From positions 19,744-83,743 of the IMG/VR virus record IMGVR_UViG_3300028048_000120: a stretch of 64,000 nt of DNA; one strand, given 5' to 3'. This DNA comes from a virus (lineage: Duplodnaviria; Caudoviricetes). Positions 57,699 through 64,000 of this stretch are shown here, piece after piece. Below the pieces are notes generated by a model. It was not told the DNA's origin. It searched no databases and worked only from the letters and a program-made list of their open reading frames with translations. How positions within the stretch are numbered: position 1 is the first letter of the stretch; the number at the start of each line of letters is the position of its first letter. Both the position numbers and the translations under genes were made by a program.

Positions 57699-60600
57699 TT
57701 ATTCAAAATAAGTCATCATAATATTATGTATTTCAGTCTTATGAGGAGTACCAAGTATATCACAATGTAGTTTCAAATATATCCAGTTATTCCTCATTCT
57801 GTCAATAGGTTTTCTATAGTATCTGTATATACCTTTTTCTTCATCTATATCCTTTCCTGTAATTCTATCAAGAGGATAATTATCTCTAGGTATATCACAT
57901 CTCCATATCCTATACTTCCTTTTAATATTAGCAGTATCTTCAAAATGCTTTAAACCTTTAGTATCTATAAAGTTTGCTTCACCATGCTGATATTCATTCC
58001 ATACTTCCAGCGAAGTGAAGGGAAGAAAGAATGAGAAAGAATTATCTCCATGAAAGGTGCTATCAAAAGTACTATCAAATGTATCTGATATATTAGGTAT
58101 ACCATCTTTAGCAACATTTGCATGAAATTCCAAATTGGTGAATGTCTTTGATATTTGAGGATCAGGATTGCCTATAAGTGTCATACTATAAGGTTCTATT
58201 TCATCAAAGAATTTACAATATTCTCCCTGTTGATGTCCCCATAATCCACAAGAATCATCTATCCATACTCCCATATCTTCAACATTACAGAAGAAAGGTT
58301 TATTTCCATAGCTATAGAAGCTGGTAAATGTATTTACTTTTTCATTCCAAGCTAGAGCAATATCCTTATTTACAAATAGTACTTCCTGATTTAATTTATC
58401 ATAGAAACTTCTAAATCCATTAAAAGAGTGTAAATCCCATTTAGATGAAGTAATACTCACATTCTTTTTAACCCAAGGATTGAAACCTCCCTCTTGAGAT
58501 ATATTTTGTAATTGACCATTAAATAGGTATATATCCTTACCATAATAATCAATAAAATATATGCCCCTAGGAGAAGTACATATACTCCATTTATCAGCAC
58601 ATCCTACAGTAGATGAGATATATCTTTTACCTTGTACCTTTCCACTATTTGCTAATTCAATAGGAATACCTTCAGTTGTACTTATTTGGGTATTTTCATT
58701 ATACAATATTTGTGCAATACCTTTATCCTGAAAAGCTATAAGAGTATCATTGATTCTTTGTATAGAATTAATACTTCCCTTATCTCCATCTAGATCTAAC
58801 ACAGAAGACATTAATATTTTAGTCCAGTGGTCTATCTCTTCTCCATTTGTTTTGGTTTCACTCCATATAACCTGATTTGGAAATTCATTATTTTTATATG
58901 AATCATCATCAAGTATTTTGTATGAGAAGAAGTTATCTTTCTGACTATACACTGGATTAATTAAATTGAAGTTCTGAGGAGACATATTAAGGTTATTGAT
59001 TTGTCCTCTATTCCTATCATATCTACCATCAATATTAACATGGGTTTCAAGAACAAAACTTCCTATTTCCACAACTTGATTAATGTCTTCTTTTGTAAAG
59101 GCATAGGTCTTTAAACAGTCCCACCTCTGATAGTATGTATCTCCATAAGAATATTCAAACTTGGTACCTGTAGTAAGAATAGGTACAGAATTTCCACAAG
59201 GAAGCCATACATTTTCCCTAAAAGCATCTTTAGTCTGCCCTCCAAATAGTAAATCAGTTTGTACATTAGATTTACGTATATCAAATACAGGTAATGATTC
59301 ATCTCCCCAAGTAAATCTTCCTGGGGTTCCTCTGAATACTAAATGTGGGGTAGATTTATATTTAATTCTTACAGATTCTTTCTTTAGAGCTAAATCAGAA
59401 AACTCATTACCAATTTCACTTTGTTTACGCTCCCAAGCATTATTGAAATTCCATCTATACATTCCCTCTCCATTTGCTTCTGATTCTGAGTATGAAAAAG
59501 TTTTCCAACTTACAGAATAATTAAATGGAGTTTCTACACCATTAGAATTAAATTCAGCAGAGTTATATGCAAAGTACATACCATCAGAATAATCAGGAAC
59601 CAACATAGTATCTATATTACCCTGATAAATAATATCATTTGCTAATTTCAATATAGTACATTCATCACTTGAAAATAGCTGTGGAGTTTCCAAGAAATCT
59701 ATGGGTTCAAAATGATTATATACTGTACTTTTTGCATACCTCAAATTTGATATTACTTTCTTCTTTAATTTGGCAGACTGATTACCTATATTTGCTGGTC
59801 TATTAAAGTCATTGTTAAGACTTCCTATTTTATTCCATAAATACACCATCCATTTAAAAGAAGAATGTGTTCTAGTCTCTTTTCCTATAGTAGTAGAATT
59901 ATAGTCATCGAGACTATAATCATCATAAAATAATCCTGATATTATACCAAATGCACCATCATCAACAAATGATTTATGAATGAATCCTCCTCCTTCACTA
60001 CTAATAGTAGGTGTTTCTGTTTGTATATCAATATCAGATAGAGTTTTTGTAAATGTAGCATCTCCAACATACACTCCCTTAAATCCATGGTAATCCATTA
60101 CAGATAAGGCATCATCAAACTCTATATCAGGAGAATGAAAAGTAACACAGCTAGAATCAATTCTATACTGATTGTCTTCCTTAAAATCTCCTTGTATTTC
60201 TACACTTTTTATATGATGGGGGTTATATACATTGGCACCATCCATATTGTGATTAGCATAATCCAATGGGTCTGCATTATTTCTAAATAAAGGAGCTACA
60301 GTACCTTTTGAAGCATTTATATTAGAAGTACAATGTGCTCTAAATACCCATGAAGATTGTGCATATAGATTACCATCTGTAATTCTTTGATTTTTAGTAT
60401 ATAGAGTAGGGCATAATACTCCTTGACAAAGAGTTACTCTATCTTGTATATTAGGAAATACCACTACTGCTCTAGCTCTCCTATATCCTCTTATCCATAA
60501 TTCATGTGAAAGCCAAGGATTAAGTTCACCTTTTATAATAGGAACATTAATATGATTACCAGAATTATCCATAAAAGGTTGAATATCTTGAGGTATTGGA

Positions 60601-61859
60601 AAATCCTTAAGAAATACTGGTTTACTCCATTTACCTGTCTTATATTGAAATTGTACACCTAATCTATAATAATCTCCTGTTTTAAATCCACCACAAGGTA
60701 CTGTTATTCCATTATCTGTAGCAGTAAGCTGACTTGAATATTTATAAGCTCCATTACTAGCAGAATTTGCTGTAAAGTTTCTTATACCAGCTTCTAAAGT
60801 AAAATTAGGTGTAGTAGCTTCTCTATCTACTAAACTATCTAAAGAAGCCTCATCCATTTCTGATATATCCTTGATATTACCTAAGAATAAAGTACCATCT
60901 TTTTGTTGTAAGGTTTGCACTGCTATTTCATCCCCTCCTTTATATAGCAACTCTGTAGGGTCAATAGTATTACCACTTGTTCCAACATCAAGAAAAGATA
61001 CCTTTATTCCAGTAATATCATGTATAGCTATATCCTGTACTCTTTTACATATAGGAGTACCATTTAGACTAGTCCTTTGTATTGAATATATTCTAAGATA
61101 TTCAAAATTAGTATCTACATTCTCTATAGTAATTTTAAAAGCATTATCTACTTTACCATCAGGTGCTCCTCCTCTATCTGAATTTGATATATAATATAAT
61201 GGGGTAGTGTAGAATATACAAGTTTCCTGGGCATATTTATCGTAATATGTAAAAGCATATTGTATTACTCCTGGAGCAAATGTTCCTGATGCACCTATCT
61301 TCTTTTCTACTTTTATCTCCTCTTTAAGCTGTAATTCCCTTACAAAATCAAATACAGTATTAACCTTACCAAGATAATGATATGGATTAGCTATATTTAT
61401 TACTCTAGGTTGATTTTTACCATCAGTCCAATATACTTTTTGTATTTTATCTGATTCATAAGACACAAGAGTTTCTATAGGGTGATAAATATCAAAATTC
61501 AATTTGCCATCATATAAAACTTTTGCATAGATTCTGCCTTCATGTGCATCACCCATATAAAGTCTGTATATGTAATCAGTATCATTTGCTGTAGAGAACA
61601 ATACTAAATATTTATCTAATATAGCTGTACCTATAGCAGTGCCTAATAAATAAAATTCTTCATCAGTGTGTCCTTGCTCCCCATTATATATACTTAGTTT
61701 CTTAGTTCCTTTTTCATTTACCCAACTCATAAGAGTATTACCATCATTGGTAGACAATCTTAGATTCAGATTTTCATAGGCAAATTCAGGACTAAAGGAA
61801 CTAACAGAGAGATCCCTGTTCATTCCCTTAGTTTTCCAAAGCATTACTTTCTTAACCAT
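57699..61859 (-). CDS. Tail stabilisation / muzzle-like protein
   Basis: 1386 aa; KGMNRDLS...AYENLNLR N-terminus, VYWTDGKNQPRVINI propeller-like blades, C-terminal KRKYRIWRCDIPR...RMRNNW; sits between tail fibre and cargo genes. Confidence 0.75.
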   Translation of the reverse strand: MVKKVMLWKTKGMNRDLSVSSFSPEFAYENLNLRLSTNDGNTLMSWVNEKGTKKLSIYNGEQGHTDEEFYLLGTAIGTAILDKYLVLFSTANDTDYIYRLYMGDAHEGRIYAKVLYDGKLNFDIYHPIETLVSYESDKIQKVYWTDGKNQPRVINIANPYHYLGKVNTVFDFVRELQLKEEIKVEKKIGASGTFAPGVIQYAFTYYDKYAQETCIFYTTPLYYISNSDRGGAPDGKVDNAFKITIENVDTNFEYLRIYSIQRTSLNGTPICKRVQDIAIHDITGIKVSFLDVGTSGNTIDPTELLYKGGDEIAVQTLQQKDGTLFLGNIKDISEMDEASLDSLVDREATTPNFTLEAGIRNFTANSASNGAYKYSSQLTATDNGITVPCGGFKTGDYYRLGVQFQYKTGKWSKPVFLKDFPIPQDIQPFMDNSGNHINVPIIKGELNPWLSHELWIRGYRRARAVVVFPNIQDRVTLCQGVLCPTLYTKNQRITDGNLYAQSSWVFRAHCTSNINASKGTVAPLFRNNADPLDYANHNMDGANVYNPHHIKSVEIQGDFKEDNQYRIDSSCVTFHSPDIEFDDALSVMDYHGFKGVYVGDATFTKTLSDIDIQTETPTISSEGGGFIHKSFVDDGAFGIISGLFYDDYSLDDYNSTTIGKETRTHSSFKWMVYLWNKIGSLNNDFNRPANIGNQSAKLKKKVISNLRYAKSTVYNHFEPIDFLETPQLFSSDECTILKLANDIIYQGNIDTMLVPDYSDGMYFAYNSAEFNSNGVETPFNYSVSWKTFSYSESEANGEGMYRWNFNNAWERKQSEIGNEFSDLALKKESVRIKYKSTPHLVFRGTPGRFTWGDESLPVFDIRKSNVQTDLLFGGQTKDAFRENVWLPCGNSVPILTTGTKFEYSYGDTYYQRWDCLKTYAFTKEDINQVVEIGSFVLETHVNIDGRYDRNRGQINNLNMSPQNFNLINPVYSQKDNFFSYKILDDDSYKNNEFPNQVIWSETKTNGEEIDHWTKILMSSVLDLDGDKGSINSIQRINDTLIAFQDKGIAQILYNENTQISTTEGIPIELANSGKVQGKRYISSTVGCADKWSICTSPRGIYFIDYYGKDIYLFNGQLQNISQEGGFNPWVKKNVSITSSKWDLHSFNGFRSFYDKLNQEVLFVNKDIALAWNEKVNTFTSFYSYGNKPFFCNVEDMGVWIDDSCGLWGHQQGEYCKFFDEIEPYSMTLIGNPDPQISKTFTNLEFHANVAKDGIPNISDTFDSTFDSTFHGDNSFSFFLPFTSLEVWNEYQHGEANFIDTKGLKHFEDTANIKRKYRIWRCDIPRDNYPLDRITGKDIDEEKGIYRYYRKPIDRMRNNWIYLKLHCDILGTPHKTEIHNIMMTYFE

Positions 61860-61891
61860 ACTTATAATGATTAAATAAATAAATCAATTGA

Positions 61892-62347
61892 TTATTCTAT
61901 AATAAAGCTAATAGCATCAACATCTTCAAAAGTCCACTCATTGCTAGACATTAAGTCAGCAAAAGCTACTTCCACTATAGGATTAAAATCTATAGATACT
62001 TCCTTATTTTCTAGTTCCGCTAAAGCTTTCTTAATTAATGTATTATATTTTTGTAGTTTTACAATAAATGCTGAATGTTCCTGTTTTGTCATAGGCAGAC
62101 CTAATTCACCTTTTTTCATCTTGGATTCATAGACCAAAGCCTTTTGATATTCCTTCATAAAGTCTTCTGGCAACAACTTATCCTCAGCATCTTTTTTAGC
62201 TTCATCAAATTCTAAAGCATAATGTTTTAGTTTCTGTTGTATTCTCCAAACTTTAACCATATCTTCATTTTGAAGTTTTTGATACTTAGCTTTTGATAAT
62301 ACATTATAAGCCTTAACTACATCAATTGTCTTTAATTTCTTTTCCAT
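61892..62347 (-). CDS. Hypothetical helical protein following tail fibre
   Basis: 151-aa ORF. Confidence 0.65.
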   Translation of the reverse strand: MEKKLKTIDVVKAYNVLSKAKYQKLQNEDMVKVWRIQQKLKHYALEFDEAKKDAEDKLLPEDFMKEYQKALVYESKMKKGELGLPMTKQEHSAFIVKLQKYNTLIKKALAELENKEVSIDFNPIVEVAFADLMSSNEWTFEDVDAISFIIE

Positions 62348-62360
62348 ATTATATTAATTA

Positions 62361-64000
62361 TTAGTTACAAAGATATGCTATCCATTTTTGAATGTCACTA
62401 CTGTAAACAATAAAGAAAGAATCTTGCCCTATATCTACAGAACCATTTTTTGCAAAAATATCATTATTATTATTCCAATTTCTGAGAGCATGACCATTGC
62501 CAATAATCCTACACTCTCTAGCAAAGAAAAACATTCCATTACATGGGTGCGCAGGAAGTGTTAAAGTACCACCTACTTTACAAGTGGGTACACCATTAAA
62601 TTTAATAGGTATACGACAGTCTATATAACCATAGTTACTTGTATTAGCATCAACATCATCAAGTGCTCCCTTGAAAACAATCTTTTCTGAAGACCTAGTA
62701 CTGAAATAAATATTTCCCCAAGTTTCAAGTACTTTAGTATCAATACCTGCTTGAGCCATAGCAGAGATAGCTGTTGAATGATCACCAAAACAATTTACAC
62801 TAATACCAACACCTTCATCTCTTCTAATACTTATGAAAGAACCATCTGTGCCAGCAGCACCTCCTATGTACATAAATGATCCTCCATCATGTATAATAGA
62901 AATCATAGAATCAGAATCTATAGACTCTAATACATGACCCTCAATTTTAAAACCACCTATAATACCACTTGTTGCAGTAATATTACCTTTAATTTCAGCA
63001 CTACCAGCACTAAGATAGTCAGTAAAGATACTACTTGAAGTTAGCTTACGTATAAATGAATCTGTAATAGTTACTTTATCAGCACTAATCTTAACTGTAG
63101 ATTCTCCTGAACTGTTTATACTAGCTACAATGCTAGCAGCTGACACATCCCCTTTCTTAGCAAAAATTCCAGCAAGTGAGGAGTCAGCATTAGAAGAAGT
63201 TATAAATCCAGAGAATAATCCTCCTGACTTTGTAATCTGAGCTGAAAGAGCATCTGTAAATGTAGTAGTATTAAATATACCTGCTAAATTACTATTAGTA
63301 TCCTTTAAACTATTTGTTAAAGAATCAATACTTGAATTTGTTTTAGATATAGCACTATTTAAATCAGCAGTAGAAGCTTTTGAATTGATAGAATCTGACA
63401 ATTTATTAGATGCTATATTTCCTATATTATTTATTACTGTAGTAGACCACAATGCAGATTTGGCATTTTCAAAATCTGCTTTTGAAACAAAGTTACTTAC
63501 ATAGGATACTGTTGCATAGTTCTTATTATTCAGAGCATCATTAGTAACATAGTTACCCAGAGTATTATTAAGATCTGCATTTTTAGTATAATCTTCTAAA
63601 GTATCTGAAACACTTTTTACAGTAGCATAATCCTTCAATGTAGTAGTGACTTCTGAAGACATAGCTATCTTAGCATTATTTATCTGAGAAGTCATCTCTG
63701 TTTTTGTAGCTGCATTATCTAATTTAGTAGTCAAAGACTGCATAGCTTTATCATAAGTTGTCTTAGCTACATAAGCAGCTAATTTATCTTCTACTGCACT
63801 ACCTGTAATAAATCCTGCTATGGCACTATCAAGTTTAGTATTTGTTATTACTCCCGATTTCCAGTTACCTATTTTAGTAGCAATAGATGCTTCACTGGTA
63901 TCTCCAGTCATAGAAAGTACAATAGTAGATATATCATCTGTATCTTTCTTTACTTGAGAAAAGAGAGAAAGACTACTACCACTTGTAGTTGCTTTTGAAT
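62361..64000 (-). CDS. Tail fibre (5'-truncated by window end)
   Basis: Frame is open to the window edge; long S/T/A-rich coiled region, ISADKV and GNITATSGIIGGFKI motifs, beta-rich C-terminal tip. Confidence 0.7.
   Translation of the reverse strand, partial: SKATTSGSSLSLFSQVKKDTDDISTIVLSMTGDTSEASIATKIGNWKSGVITNTKLDSAIAGFITGSAVEDKLAAYVAKTTYDKAMQSLTTKLDNAATKTEMTSQINNAKIAMSSEVTTTLKDYATVKSVSDTLEDYTKNADLNNTLGNYVTNDALNNKNYATVSYVSNFVSKADFENAKSALWSTTVINNIGNIASNKLSDSINSKASTADLNSAISKTNSSIDSLTNSLKDTNSNLAGIFNTTTFTDALSAQITKSGGLFSGFITSSNADSSLAGIFAKKGDVSAASIVASINSSGESTVKISADKVTITDSFIRKLTSSSIFTDYLSAGSAEIKGNITATSGIIGGFKIEGHVLESIDSDSMISIIHDGGSFMYIGGAAGTDGSFISIRRDEGVGISVNCFGDHSTAISAMAQAGIDTKVLETWGNIYFSTRSSEKIVFKGALDDVDANTSNYGYIDCRIPIKFNGVPTCKVGGTLTLPAHPCNGMFFFARECRIIGNGHALRNWNNNNDIFAKNGSVDIGQDSFFIVYSSDIQKWIAYLCN

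Larger units (their letters stand above)
21929..64000. mobile_element. Phage segment B: Crassvirales (crAss-like) virion/ejection/tail region; may begin as early as about 16.5 kb
   Basis: Giant virion RNAP with YRIPT and GSDFDVDK, 1.0-2.2k-aa cargo proteins, 1386-aa tail-stabilisation (muzzle)-like protein, AT-rich and CpG-poor sequence. Confidence 0.9.

Noticed and set aside
114-61194. Many short antisense or nested ORFs in the track (e.g. 114-359, 3596-3961, 9650-10120, 14448-14873, 33620-33901, 54694-55083)
   Set aside because: They are shadows of long genes on the opposite strand or frame, with no motifs or expression signals.
21929-64000. Stop-codon reassignment (TAG/TGA), known in some crAss-like phages
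   Set aside because: ORFs of up to 3672 aa are uninterrupted in the standard code and coding density is high.

Overview
The window is entirely bacteriophage DNA from Bacteroidota-infecting (probably Prevotella/Bacteroidales) phages and appears to join two different phage lineages. Segment A (1 to about 16.4 kb, visibly higher GC) looks like a temperate tailed phage. It carries tail genes, a collagen/ILEI tail fibre, and a small gene whose C-terminus sits in a 546-bp cassette flanked by perfect 179-bp inverted repeats (a putative two-way inversion switch, with no invertase in the window). It then has a five-gene module of unknown function, a holin/GH24 endolysin/u-spanin-like lysis cassette, a cI/cro/xis-type switch without an adjacent integrase, and replication and early genes. 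A run of short AT-rich hypothetical genes (about 16.4-21.8 kb) cannot be assigned to either segment with confidence. Segment B (about 21.9-64 kb, AT-rich) is a Crassvirales (crAss-like) virion and ejection region. It has a lectin-like/BspA-LRR/VanZ accessory operon, a 3672-aa virion RNA polymerase (YRIPT and DFDVD motifs) with stacked N-terminal polyvalent domains (ART-like, zincin, macro-like), a second diverged copy of the five-gene module, giant cargo proteins, a muzzle/tail-stabilisation protein and a truncated tail fibre. Host-type TAnnTTTG promoters and intrinsic terminators punctuate both segments. I found no tRNA, rRNA, CRISPR array, reverse transcriptase or stop-codon recoding. All domain calls come from motif recognition by eye, with no database searches.
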